This document shows positions 12,801 through 25,895 of a stretch of 64,000 bases of DNA, one piece after another; the first letter of the stretch is position 1, and every line of letters begins with the position of its first letter. Source of the DNA: Anthoceros angustus (lineage: Eukaryota; Plantae; Anthocerotophyta); contig VJWM01000126.1 in assembly GCA_010909165.1 (NCBI GenBank), forward strand, positions 558,001 to 622,000, written 5' to 3'. Below the pieces are notes generated by a model. It was not told the DNA's origin, searched no databases, and saw only the letters and a list, made by a program, of their open reading frames with translations. The position numbers and the translations under genes are program-made.

Positions 12801-13109
12801 TCCACCGTTAGCCCAACCAGCGAAAAGTACATCCACCGCCTCTATCCACAAAGCGGCTCCAGGGCGTATGCGAGGCTCTTCTCAGACGCTACGCTCGGCA
12901 ATCGTGAGACTACCACACCTAAGGCTGTATAATCAATGGCGAAATTCATCCATCGAAAAACATCAGCCTATCTCTCGGTGTTATACGCAACAACCTTCTC
13001 GGATCGCTTGTTGTCTGGATGGTGGGCGACTTCCGCCTCTTCCTCCAATCTCCGGTAGCGTCTCCTCCGATCCAGTATCTTAGTCCCCAACAAGAGGATT
13101 GTTGATGTG

Positions 13110-13759
13110 GTGAAATCAAGTGGAAAATTCTCCCAACGACAATGCAACGAACCACAAGAACCTCTAGGAGACAAAGACACAGTGAGGGGCGTATGGCTCT
13201 ATTAGAACAAGACAAACATCAACAATCCAGAATCCATGGTGGGTGCCTACATATATAGGCAAAACCCCAGAGTTCTCAATGAAGTGTCCACCCATATCGA
13301 TGGTGGGCACTTTATAGTCCTACTTTCCTTGGCCTTCGAAATAATAATATTTTATGTGTTTAACAGCCTATTCGTCCTTTTCCTCGATTTATGATTTTTA
13401 TGTATTTTCCAATATAAATTTGCTATCTATATATGCGTCATTGCACCGCGCCTTACATGCATATCCATGCATATAGATTGCATGCGCCATGACACATCAC
13501 CTGCCACATGTCCACATCACATGTCATCCTTCACCTCCATACGTATGCATACATGGCACACATGCATACATGGCATACATGTCATGTGCAGGCCATCCAT
13601 GGGCCATGTACATGACATCATCAAGCACTTGACGCCGGGGCTTATGCGAGATGCTCCAGTCGATATCCGATCATTTCGACATTCGGGGCTTATGCGGGAT
13701 GCTCAGTTTCGATCCTTAGAGTCTTAGGTGCTGCTTTCCCATACAACAACGGCATGACA
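13110..13759 (-). repeat. 5' terminal repeat A1 of Gypsy element 1, with TATA-like CCTATATAT at ~13251-13259
   Basis: Matches 2528-3163 and is not adjoined by a B segment. Confidence 0.88.
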
Positions 13760-15620
13760 TCTACGCTAAATAATGTTTGCACAGGGTGTCCTACACCTTG
13801 GCCCTGCATCCCCAATCTCCACTAGCCCTAGGCGAGGGCATATGATGCCATGCTTGTGTGGATATCTTGCCATGAAGAGGATACCGCCATCTCAATGACC
13901 CACTCGGCATTTTCTTCAATTTTTCACCCCTAGATGCGTGTGCAAGCTTCAATTTTGATCGTGGCACCTCGTGGCAGCGATCGTGGCACTTTGGACACCT
14001 CGAGTCTTCTCTAGATGTTGGCAGCGATGCAAGGCTCACGCCACGTCTCGCTTGCCTCATCACGACCTGCATCTCGCCAGGGACAGCATATGCCGTGAAA
14101 ATCGACATGTGGGGCACAGCCTTCCCATGCAAACGTGCAGCAGCAGCAGGTACAGTGGCGCCATCCCCATGTGCTGCAAGTGTAGCGGCGCCATCCCCAT
14201 CCCCACGCGCTGCAGGTGCAGCGACGCCATCTCTTTTACTTGGCCCTTCGCCCCTACCTCTACACCTGCCACGAGAAGATTCCCTTGCCCCTTTCCCACC
14301 GGCCCCACGTCCAGGGTCCTCCTCCTGTACCACCCTGGACGGTCCTGAATGATTCTTGCTGAAGATACATAGGGAGACTTCCCACACTTGCCTCATCCTC
14401 GCACAATACTGCTAGTGCATTCAACGACATATTGGCTCTCAGATTCTACATCAGATATCTCTTTCTCGAGAATGTGAGTTGCCTCCGTCCTTTTGGATTT
14501 GAGCTTGATCCATTTCTCCCTCAAGCGTGCACCACCCAACATTGTTTTTGCAGCCAACAAGTTCTGCTATTCACACCTGCGTGAGTCCTCAAGCCCCATA
14601 CCACCAATCGGGCATCGACAGCATCTCCACATATGAGGCTGTTGTTGCCAAGCGTCTAATGTCATGTGCCTCCGCTTGAAATATCGGCTTCTTGTGTTTG
14701 GGCATCCGAGACGTGAGTTGTGAGCGGGCAGCACACAAATCAAGATATACAGCCATGCCTGACAAGCAAGCAAGAAGCAAGCAGACAAAGGTGGAGTATT
14801 GTGTTGAAGTTCTAGCTCTGTCGTGACCTAGTCTTGCCTTTGGATAGTGTCGCCACTATCCACGTTGTAAAACCCGGATCGGATGCACTCTTTACGATGA
14901 AGTGGGCGCTATGAACCTAAAGGCAAAGACATGTCGTTGAGGAAGACAAGGTAAGCTACACGGTGAATACAGCAGAGAACTAGACCCGCTCAAAGCTTTC
15001 GGAAAAGACGGTTCGGAGCAGATTAGGTTTTAGTCGGTTTTGTACAATGGTGGCGGTTGGAGAACTCTCGTGAAAAAAATGGTTGCTAGCATATATGGTA
15101 CAAAGTATGCGAAGCATTCGGTTTCCCTTGCGGGAATGCCAACAGCAACGCAATTTTGTTTCTCCGTCTCGAAATCTTGAAAGGCACGCTTCAGACAATG
15201 CGGGACAATGTTATACACCGGTCTAATGATGAAACTATTGCCTCGGCTTACAAGTCTTCCTTGCCAAGTTTGCTGCACTGTTTGTTTCCATCGAATCCTC
15301 GAGAACGAACACGTGCAAAATCAGAACGGCTAAGTATCGACCTAGGTAGATTGCAAAATCCTAAAAAGTGCAGCACATCACCATCAATGGTGCGGTTTCA
15401 TTTGGTCTACTTGTGACTCATTTACTTTATAGCGCTCCAAGAACACAAAGTCCAAGTGCAAGGCATAATTCCGACAAGCGGCATAACTTTGATAAAATTG
15501 CGGAAGAATGGAGTGCAAGTCGTTCGATTAAGATCCTCCACACTCTAGCGGAGGAATCACCATGCCTCGGTGAGAGCTCCAAGTTGAGAGGAATCACCAC
15601 GCCTCCTTGTGAGAGCTCCA
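13760..15620 (-). pseudogene. Decayed multi-exon Cys/His-rich gene of the array unit (unit 1 part; continues at 1291-2348)
   Basis: Homologous to 36830-38720; split by Gypsy element 1. Confidence 0.4.
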
Positions 15621-16284
15621 AGTTTAGTCGCGGAGCGTGTGCAGAATAGATTATTATTCCTAATCTAGTAGGTTTTCATATAGAGATGCATATAGTGTAG
15701 TGGACAAGGTCAAACACTTGGTCTCGAGTTTGAATCGATCTCGCGCACATGTCGACTAATAGATTGTTTCTCCTAATCAAATAGGGTTTCGTATGTATTG
15801 GTGTTCAGGGGTCGTCTCTGAGAGACATGTAAGTGTAAAATATTATTTCCAATTAAACACGTTTCCGCAAGGATGGTATTAGTCTGGTGGATAAGATCAT
15901 GCACTGCAAATAAGCGTTTGAGGGTTCGATGGTATTAGTCTGGTGGATAAGATCATGCACTGCAAATAAGCGTTTGAGGGCAAAGAACGCTTATTTGAGG
16001 GTTCGAGTTCTTTTCCCTACAGTCCATATGCTATGTTATGGCTCAAAACCCTATGTATGTACTTGGGTACCAATGTATGCTACTTGGGTATCTCCAATAC
16101 TACAGTATTACTTTTAATTTTATGAATTATTGTATAGAGATGAAAATTTTTATGAATTATTGTATAGAAATAAAAACATTTATGAATTATTGTATAGAGA
16201 TGAAATTAGTGTTGTGGTTGGTGTTATGTCCTATGTATGCGATTGTTTTTCAAGGGGGTCTAGACCCCCCTTTCGAATCGCTCA

Positions 16285-16735
16285 AGTGTTAGGGGCTAGT
16301 TGCTTGTTGGCTATGGAGAAGCCCACCCCCGGGGTCCGCCCTATTGGAGTGAGAGGCTTTTTTGCGGCTTGTTAGTCGCAGCATAGCCATCTTGCTTCGG
16401 GAGCAATTCCAGGGGCACTTAGTCCACACTAATTCGGCATCGCCGCTCCGGGGGGGTGTGAGTCTGTGGCTTTTGGCGTGGGGGCGATTATGGAGTCTCA
16501 TCCTGATTGGCTCGCACTGCAGGTGGACGTCGAGAATGCTTTTAACACGGTCTCCGGGGTGGCCATTTTTGACGAGTTCAAGGACGTAGGTGGACATGTA
16601 CAGCTTGCCAGTCTTGTCCCTTTGGTTCGCTCTTCCTGAGTCTCCTTCCAATCTCTACTATCGGCATGGGCCCTTGATCGAGGGGTTTGTTGGCCTTAGT
16701 AGTGGCACAAGGCGGGGGATCCATTGGGATTGTTT
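16285..16735 (+). mobile_element. Non-LTR (CRE-like) reverse transcriptase fragment
   Basis: LLAMEKP..GVRPIGV, RLVSRSIA, SHPDWLALQVDVENAFNTVS and GTR(Q)GDPLG across frameshifts. Confidence 0.75.
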
Positions 16736-19700
16736 TGTTGATGTTGTTTGCACGATTTGGAGTTTCTCGACGCTTTTCTAGTTCTGTAGATGGCTCTTAA
16801 AAGAAAACCCTCAGGGCGTCTTTGGACCGGGCAAGAAACAAGGTTCTATGGCCAAAGTCACGGCTAAGTACACACGATAACGTATCAAACAACAATTCTT
16901 CACACTACAACCCACGCGGATGATGGTAAAGTTGATGGTGTCCTTGTGCACAGTGAGGGAACTTATTTGGTGCCTAAGAAGGCCACTCCCAAACCGCCAA
17001 GGCACTTCTCATCCAAGAAGGATGCCCGGCGTGCAGCTGAATTTGTTCAGAAGAGAAGAAGGGTGGACACCCGACCTGTGCCATTGGTGGAGGGCCGCTT
17101 TGGAGATTACTAAGCGTGTTCTTGGGGTGAGAGGGGTTTGAGTATGTTGGTGAGAATGACCATTTGATAACCGATTCCAAAGTTCTTAGCATGAGAGTTT
17201 GTCTGATCCGAGAAATGTATGTAGTCTTTGTACAACAAGATGCCTTATAGGTTGGTCAATTTTCCATGCATCTTGGTTCCTAACCCTACGAGACCGATCA
17301 GAATGTCTTGATTTGTTTGAGAGATTGAGGAGTGCGGATCTTGAGGATGATTTTGCTATGGGCATGGAGGAAATTGATGACGAGGCTAACGAGAACCGGG
17401 TTTGACCTCTGTCCCCGGTGCTGTTAATGATGCTTTGAGTGGTGGTGAGGACAAGTCCAAACGCCAAAGTAATTGGTGCAGTCGTCTTAAGGCTTTCATG
17501 AAAGTCGGTGTTTGGGGTTAGGATAGCGCAATAGAGGACATCCCTTATAAGGACTTAAACCTTATATTGATACCCTTTTTCCACGAAGTTTGGGGCTTAA
17601 AAAACAACTCTATATTCTCTCCGGAAACATAAGCTCTGTACCCTTCTTTTTGTTTCGTCTCTCATGTAAGTTGTTGAGTTTGACCTTTTGTGCAGGCTGA
17701 TGTCCTTCTCTCGAGGATTCAATCGAATCTTAGAGAGAAAGTGTATTCTGGACCAGAGCCGGCTTGGATCTAACATACCTATGATAAACATGTTTCACGG
17801 GATATTCCATGGGGCTTAGGCACTGGTCTCGTCGATGAAAATCGCAAGGACCTTAGAAGCTTTCATGTTGAAAGGAGGTTGTGATATCGATGATGATGAG
17901 CGCATACTATCCCATAGAGACCATCAATGTTCTTTTGGGTGTGGTGCCCAAAATGGTACTTCTCTTGTCAGTGTTTTGGGATGATTTTGTTGCCTTGTTG
18001 TTGCAACGCTTTTGCCTTGCCTTGGTATCGACATTCAATTGTCTCGGTTTGCGTATTTGCATGAATCGATTTGGAGTTCGTGGAGAGGAGTTACATAACC
18101 TTTAATTAGGGACTTTTCATTTTCATCACGGGGACAATTTGTACAGTATATTTATTACGTTGTGTTTCATGATTTTTGTTGTGATGTAATCTTGTATAGT
18201 GTTGACGCTCGTTTTTTGTCACAGATATGAAGATATCCTAACAATTTGAGGATATCCTAACAATTTGAGGACTTGCAGATATGACCGTTCGGGGAAAGCA
18301 AAACAGGCAGCTGCAGCAAGGGTTCTAGTTCCTAGTGAACGAAGATCTTCCAAGGAGTTGCTCAATGAAGAACTTACTCGGATGCAGGATGATGCGGGGT
18401 GCTTAAGTCAAGCCACGAATATGACTCGAGTAGTATTTGCCGATTAGCGGAAGATGTAAGTGTATTCATGCATGAGGAAAATCTATTTGTTCTTTGAAAA
18501 TGTTTTGATATTGTGAGTTATGTACGGCTGCGGTCAATGTCCCTTACAAGTGCAACGCATTGAGAATGTTAGCAATAATAAGTTTGTGGATGTTTTCCAA
18601 AATCGTGTCTTCATTCGTAATGTGTTCTCGACTCCCATTTTAATTGTCGTCTTGGCCGTTGCTACCCCGATATCCATCATGAAAGTAGACCAGTTCTAAC
18701 TTTTCCCTTATGTAGTGATACTCAACAGCTATATGTTTAGTTCTAGAGTGAAAAGCGATTTCGTGCAAGTGCAATGGCACCACTATCACTAAACAAAGAT
18801 GTAGGCTTAAGTTGAGGATGGTGAAGTTCACTCAAAACTAACTGGACCACACTATGTCTTTAGAACCGAGGTTAGTACCAGCTCAGTTATTTGACAAAGC
18901 TATAGTAGGTTGTTTCTTACTTGACCAGGATATTGGTGCTCCTCCCAAGAGTAATACATACCCGATACAGATTTTCGTGTGTCGGGGTCACCAGCATAGT
19001 CGGCATCAGCATATGCCGTTAGAGTTAATGTGTTGATAGCTGGTGTATGCTTGAACATCAGTCCTGTGTACATAGTGCCTTTAAGGTATCTGAATATACG
19101 CTTAACAGACATCCAGTGCTCACGTCCAGGGTTCTCCAAGAATTGTGAGCAGGAACTGACTTCAAAAGATATATCTGGTCTCGTAAAATTGCATAAATAT
19201 ATTAGAGTGCCAACAGCATGTCGGTATGGAACTGCTGACATTTCTAGCTTTTCTTCAGCTGTTTTGGGACTCATATCTGAGGTAAGCCTAACACCACTTG
19301 CAAAAGGTGTGGGTGCAGGCTTTGCATCCTCAAGTCCAAATTTAGCTAAACTCTCCTTAATATACTTGGTTTGAACTATACTTAGAGTCTTATTACCTCT
19401 ATTTCGTATAATATTAACACCAAGTGCATATGTCATTTCTCCTAGATCGGACATCTCAAATAGAGTCCTAAGCCATGCTTTAGTTTCGCTAGGAGAGTGA
19501 GGGAGTTTGTTGCCATAAAAACATCATCAACATAAAGTAGAAGATAAAATATATCATTGCGGATATTAGGATGTACATACAAGCATCACCGGCTTTGCTT
19601 AAATCCTCTCCCAATAAGTTGTACATGTATGGTTAAATTCCAATTCTTGTTGCTTAAGGCCATACAAACCTTTGATGAGTCGGCATACCCAATCTTCTTT

Positions 19701-22700
19701 GCCTTTGACTTGTAACCCTCGGGTTGTCTCATGTATATTTCCTCTTGCGGCCCATACAAATATTGTCTTAACATCCATCATGTGGAGTTCAAGATCATGT
19801 TGGGCACATAAGGCAAATATCATTCAAGTGTGGCAAATTTGGCTCTTGGGGCATAAGTGGCCCAAGGTATGTAATCTAGACCAGAATTTGTGTAAACCTC
19901 TACTAGGCGTGCCTTATACCTTTCTATAGAACCATCTCCTTTTCTTTTAATTTTGAATACCCATTTGCTGGTTACTATCTTCCTACCCCTAGGTGGTTTG
20001 ACCAATTCCATGTAGAGTTATTAACTAGGGAATTATATTAATCTCTGACTACCTTCCATAAGTCTTTTTCAGGAGAAGAGAAAGCTTGTTTTAAGGTAAG
20101 AGGTTCTTCGGGTCTATAGTTGCCTTGTAGCACTTGAGAATAAAGTGATATAGGGGTATAGGATCATCAAAACAGCTAGGTATCCTAAAGGAGGTTCCTT
20201 CCAACTGCAGGACTGAGATAGTAGGTCGGGATCTAAGGTTGTACCTTTGTGCAGTGCATCATCCACGGGAGCGGGATCAACGAGGATCTGGCTCCACAAT
20301 GTCATCCTCCGAGGGTCATCAAACTCATCATCATGAGTGTCATGGCGCCTCTGCTGGGATGTCAACATCGTTGAGTTGAGTTGTACCGTTGTGGAATAGA
20401 TGCTAACTCCTCCTCCTCCCGCATAATAGGTTCAACTAAAGGAACACGAAGCGGGGAATGGGAAATGGAGTGAAATAATCGGATCATCAAAATAAGAAGG
20501 GTCAATGGTCTCATCAAGAGGAGGACCAAGCCTATCGCTCCCTGTGGGGAAAAGAGGTAAGACTCATGAAAAGTAACACTCCGGGCGTATAAAAGTTGCC
20601 TTGTAGAAGGGTTGAACAATTTGTACCCTTTGATACCTTCGTGTAGCCAATGAAAAGTGTACTTAGCTTTGGGATCCAACTTCTTACGCAATGCTTTGGG
20701 AATAAAAACATATGCGGGGATCCAAAAATTCAAGGTGGTCAATAGAAGGCTTCTTGCCAATGAATGCTTCATATGGAGTCATACCTTGAAGCTGATGTAG
20801 GCAATCGATTCATGAGATAGGTTCTTTGTAGGAGGGCCTTTGCCCAATAAGCCTTAGATAACTTAGCTTGTACCAATAAGCAACCGTGATCTCTTGGAGG
20901 CGTAGATTCTTGTTCTCACGCCATTTTGTTGAGGAGTGTAGACAAGCGTAAGTTGTTGAGCTATACCTTCACTCGACAAAATCCTCAAATTCGATGATGT
21001 AAACTCTCCACCATTGTCGGAACGTAAGGTCTTGAGTTTGTGATCCGTAAGTCTCTCATTTCATGTAGTCCTTGAAGAAGTGAAAGGCATCACTCTTGTT
21101 TTTCGGGATGTAGGAAAAGACAAAGCGAGAGAAATCATCATGAAGGTCAAAAATATCTACTACCACTAAAGGAGGGTGTAGACAAGGGTCCACAAATGTC
21201 TGTGCACTATCTCTAAAGGTGACTTGGCCCTTTGTGGAGATTTATTTTGAAAGGCTCTTGATGTCGTTTAGTGAGGACACAAGATTCGCACCAAGGTAGG
21301 TGTTCAACCTTTGCAAGGCAAGGGTTCTATATAAAGCTCCCTTAGACATTTGGATTAATTTTTGACTATTAGGATGACCAAGGCGACAATGCCAAAGCAT
21401 GGTTTGGGTAGGTGTCGGGTTTGGAATGGCAACATTAGCGTAATGGGTGGCTCCCACTTGTCGACAATCTATAGAGACCATCATCTAAAGTGCCTGCAGA
21501 TTGTATAGTTTCTATCACTTATGAAAGAGAGAAGACAACTATTCGCATAAAGGATCACCCGAGTGTGTTCTTGACAAAGACTTGCGGTGATACTAGATTC
21601 TTGCACATTGAAGGAACATGGAGGACTTGATGAAGATGAAGAACGACCGAATCACACTTGAATACAATCAACCGACACCCGCAATGGGTAGGTTGTGATC
21701 ATCTCCGGAGGACGGGCCCGATGTCCTGTGGTGTAAGACTCAAAAGAGTTTGTTGTAACAAATATGTGAAGTAGCTCCTGTCTAAGTACCATGAGGTATT
21801 GGAGGGCTTGGAAGAAGCCAAGCACATGGAGCACGCTGGAGTTGAGGAAGATTGTTTCTTCGTTGCAATGTTAGCTCCAGGTGGGGCCTCCTTGCGAGGT
21901 TCCCCATTCTTCTTCTTACGACAATCCTTTTCCATGTGATTTGGGATTCTGCACCAATTACATATAATCCCAGTCTTCTTGTTACCTCTTGCAGGTGTTG
22001 AAGAAGATGCCTCTCCATCATGGAAAGTATGTGCAGGATATGGGGGTCTGGAAAGTAGAACCTCGGCCTCGCCTCGTCCTCTTCCTCTACCCTTTGTGAA
22101 TACATCACTGCGCTTGTTGGCTGGAGTGATGATGACGTCGCTTGCCTCCTCCTGTAGCAATGCTCCAATAAGTTCGAAACACGATGTCGGCTCTTCATTT
22201 GGATCTTCATCTGCAGCTTTTCGACATTGCGAATCACGCATTTTGAGTTGTAATGAAAGCCCTATAAGAAGGTGGCAATGAAGATAAGAGAATGACGTAA
22301 GCCTCCATCTCCGAGATAGGTACGCCATTGAAGATTCCAAATGGGATCGTGCCAATCGAAATGCATTAACATGATGTTCGATGGTGTCGGACTCCTTCAT
22401 TGAGAGGTTGCGGAAGTTACGTGAAGGCGCAACAATACTCATTACATCTCGAGATGAATATAATTGAGCAAGGTGAGTCCACATATCCTTGGAGGTCTTT
22501 GCGTGCGACATGTCTCACCATATGTTGAGAAAGTCCACGACCAATAAATCTTGTGCCTTCTCGCCCAGGCGTCCCGGAAGGTTGAAGTTCACGTTCAAAT
22601 CGGGCGTGTGGCCTTGGAATTGATCCATCGACGATGCCCCAAAGGTCTCTTTGCCGCAAAGCTCCTCGCATTCTCAATGACCGATGTCATAATCCCTTCC

Positions 22701-23576
22701 ATTGAATCTATCTTTCTCTTTGCTCACCATAATGATAATGCAATGAAGTGTTAGCATTATCATTACCCAATGGGGAATTAGGAGCTTTGTTCTTCATTAT
22801 TGATCACTCCAGCCATTGTAGGTGATTTAGAGGACTAGGCCTCGCGATCGACCTCTCATCTTCTCTATTGCACGAAACTCTTCTCTTGCATCATAATCGA
22901 TTCGGATGATGATAGCATGCTCTCAAATCTCTGCGCATTATCAACCTTAGAGAGAATAGACAATTTTGTCCTTAATTCAGATAATTCTCCCTTAAGATCA
23001 AAGGATTGGATTCTAAGAGTTGCTAATTGACTATCAATTTCTTGAAATCTAAGAGTTTCTATGCTATTTTTGTCTTGCGACTAGAAGATACTAATACCAT
23101 TCAAATTTGGGATATGTTGGAGCTAATTCTAATGCCTTGACGTGAATTGGACTAAAACTTCTAGCAAATCACGTCTAGCTAGCTTGATAAACTTCCCTTG
23201 ATCCGGTTTAGAAATTAAAATAGATGCAATGAAGTTTGCTATACAAGAGGAGGTTTCTACTATCTCTCCCTCTATAGCTTGTTGTCTTCTATTGCTTCTA
23301 TGTGTTGGGCTCCTAATTTGTTCTTGTTGTCTTGCAGACTACTTCTCTTCTTAACTCTATGCCTTCTCCTTCTAAGGGAACACAAATCCATGGAGGAAGA
23401 ACAAAGAATTAGTGCATAAAAGCATTGTTAGAAGAGAAATGTTAGCATAAAAGAATGCATGCAAAGATAGCAATTCTAGGATAAACACAATCCATCTAGG
23501 CAAATGCTAGATTAGAAAGTGTCTCCTAGATAAGCTACTTAGATGCATGAGGATGCAAGCAAACAAAGAGCAAGTG

Positions 23577-23588
23577 TGCTCGATACCA
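23577..23588 (-). promoter_or_regulatory. tRNA-iMet primer-binding site
   Basis: Minus strand TGGTATCGAGC versus consensus TGGTATCAGAGC. Confidence 0.85.
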
Positions 23589-23811
23589 TGATGAGAATCA
23601 TACACAAGCTCTAGCAATATGTGTTGCATTACATTCATAATAGAAAGTACATGCCTTTATGTAGGCAAGGTAGTTGTAACCAATAAGTGGTTGTAACAAC
23701 TAACCAATTAAATAACTACTAAAGAAACTACCTAGAGCCCTAAGGACTAAATTAATTATTAAGTCCTAGGTGCCCTAGTGAAGAGTGCCCTAATAGTAAG
23801 CTATTTTATCA
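23589..23811 (-). repeat. Copia 5' LTR (223 bp)
   Basis: TGAT...ATCA termini, immediately followed on the minus strand by the PBS. Confidence 0.88.
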
Positions 23812-23863
23812 TGATGTCCTTCTTCGAGGATTCAATCGAATCTTAGAGAGAAAGTGTATTCGA

Positions 23864-24930
23864 CCAGCCATTGTAGGTGATTTAGAGGACTAGGCCTCGC
23901 GATCGACCTCTCATCTTCTCTATTGCACGAAACTCTTCTCTTGCATCATAATCGATTCGGATGATGATATCATGCTCTCGAATCTCTGCGCATTATCAAC
24001 CTTAGAGAGAATAGACAATTTTGTTCTTAATTCAGATAATTCTCCCTTAAGATCAAAGGATTGGATTCTAAGAGTTGCTAATTGATGATCAATTTCTTGA
24101 AATCTAAGAGTTTCTATGCTATTTTTGTCTTGCAGACTAGAAGATACTAATACCAGCTTTCAAGTTTGGGATATGTTGGAGAGCTAATTCTAATGCCTTG
24201 ACGTGAATTGGGCTAAAAACTTCTAGCAAATCACGTCTAGCTAGCTTGATAAACTTCCCTTGATCTGGTTTAGAGATAAAAATAGATGCAATAAAGTTTG
24301 CTATACAAGAGGAGGTTTCTTCTATCTCTCCTCTATAGCTTGTTGTCTTCTATTGCTTCTATGTGTTGGGCTCCTAATTTGTTCTTGTTGTCTTGCAGAC
24401 TACTTCTCTTCTTAACTCTATGCCTTCTCCTTCTAAGGGAACACAAATCCATGGAGGAAGAACAAAGAATTAGTGCATAAAAGCATTGTTAGAAGAGAAA
24501 TGTTAGCATAAAAGAATGCATGCAAAGATAGCAATTCTAGGATAAACACAATCCATCTAGGCAAATGCTAGATTAGAAAGTGTCTCCTAGATAAGCTACT
24601 TAGATGCATGAGGATGCAAGCAAACAAAGAGCAAGTGTGCTCGATACCATGATGAGAATCATACACAAGCTCTAGCAATATGTGTTGCATTACATTCATA
24701 ATAGAAAGTACATGCCTTTATGTAGGCAAGGTTGTTGTAACCAATAAGTAGTTGTAACAACTAACCAATTAAATAACTACTAGAAGAAACTACCTAGAGC
24801 CCTAAGGACTAAATTAATTATTAAGTCCTAGGTGCCCTAGTGAAGAGTGCCCTAATAGTAAGCTATTTTATCATGATGTCCTTCTTTCGAGGATTCAATC
24901 GAATCTTAGAGAGAAAGTGTATTCTGGACC
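23864..24930. repeat. Tandem duplicate of 22808-23863 (Copia leader, LTR 24650-24873 and flank)
   Basis: Near-identical sequence starting ccagccattgtagg. Confidence 0.85.
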
Positions 24931-25494
24931 AGAGCCGGCTTGGATCTGACATACCTATGATAAACATGTTTCACGAATATTCCATGGGCTTAGGCTTTGG
25001 TCGCGTCGATGAAAATCGAAGGACCTTAGAATTTCCATGTTGAAAGGAGGTTGTCGATATCGATGATGATGAGCGGTAGCGCGATTTTGCGACGGCCGAC
25101 GGCGCACAATCCGTGTCGTTGTAGTAAGGAGTTCGTTCCACGTGAATGGTCTCCGTGCTTAATGCACAGCTCTATGCCCTATCGCTTGAACGGACTTCAT
25201 CATGTTGGGTCCGGCTCCACAACCCTAAGGTGTGCCCTCCACATTTCGTCGGACGGCGACCCAGGACCTTCCCACAAACCCCACCCGGGTTTCTCCAGTA
25301 CCACCGGAACAGGTTTAGCGACGCGTTCCTCCATCATTCTACGTACTCTAGCGCCCCTCCTCAACTCTGTCCGGCCCCAACTCCACCTCAACACACACGC
25401 CGCAACGCGACCCTCCTCTCTTATCCATCACCAGCTGGTAGTCACAACACCAACACGCCGATGTATTCACACCAGGCCGCCTTTGCCCCTTCCG

Positions 25495-25895
25495 GCTGCT
25501 TCACGCTCATGAGAAGTAGCTTGCACCGCAACTCCACGCCTCCGCTCCAGAAATTTCCAAGGATGGCTTCCGCCCACAGTCACCCCAAGCGCCTCCTAAT
25601 CCCTCCTCCGACCGCTTCACGCTCGCAGAGAAGTGACTGACAACTCCACGCCTCCGCTCCAGCCTCCAAGGATGGCTTCCGCCCGGGTCACCCCCAAGCG
25701 CCTCTAATCCTCCGACCGCCCACGCTCGCAGAGAAGTGACTTGCACTGCAACTCCACGCCTCCGCTCCAGCAGCCTCCAAGGATGGCTTCCACCCGGCAG
25801 TCACCCCAAGCGCCCTAATCCCTCCGACCGCCCACGCTCGCAGAGAAGTGACTTCAGCACTGCAACTCCACGCCTCCGCTCCAGCAGCCTCCAAG
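25495..25895. repeat. ~110-115 bp tandem repeat, ~3.5 copies
   Basis: caactccacgcctccgctccag recurs at ~25529, 25641, 25749 and 25863. Confidence 0.85.

Larger units (their letters stand above)
2349..13759 (-). mobile_element. Ty3/Gypsy-type retrotransposon: gag-PR-DNMT-RT-RH-INT-PHD plus extra ORF; frameshifted
   Basis: TGTC...GACA termini and a TCTA duplication relative to the empty site at ~48409-48439. Motifs: Zn knuckle CKSCGRWGHMEAAC, protease FVDT(G), RT YPMPTPDEIFD / YIDD / KAHPKKCKF, RNase H YSSYEGECL, integrase RWSVDL..EHFSKW..GNEF. RT-RH-INT order is Gypsy type. Confidence 0.92.
18693..23811 (-). mobile_element. Ty1/Copia retrotransposon, 3'-truncated within RNase H
   Basis: Knuckle CNWCRIPNHMEKDC, LWHCRLGH, integrase LRSDNGGEF, RT SKWVFKIK..YKARLV and LYVDD, RNase H YADADYAGD..RKS and HSRTKHI. 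INT lies before RT. Confidence 0.95.

Noticed and set aside
23589-24873. Two Copia LTRs forming a TRIM-like mini-element
   Set aside because: Both copies include the same PBS, leader and host flank, so this is a segmental duplicate of the 5' end.
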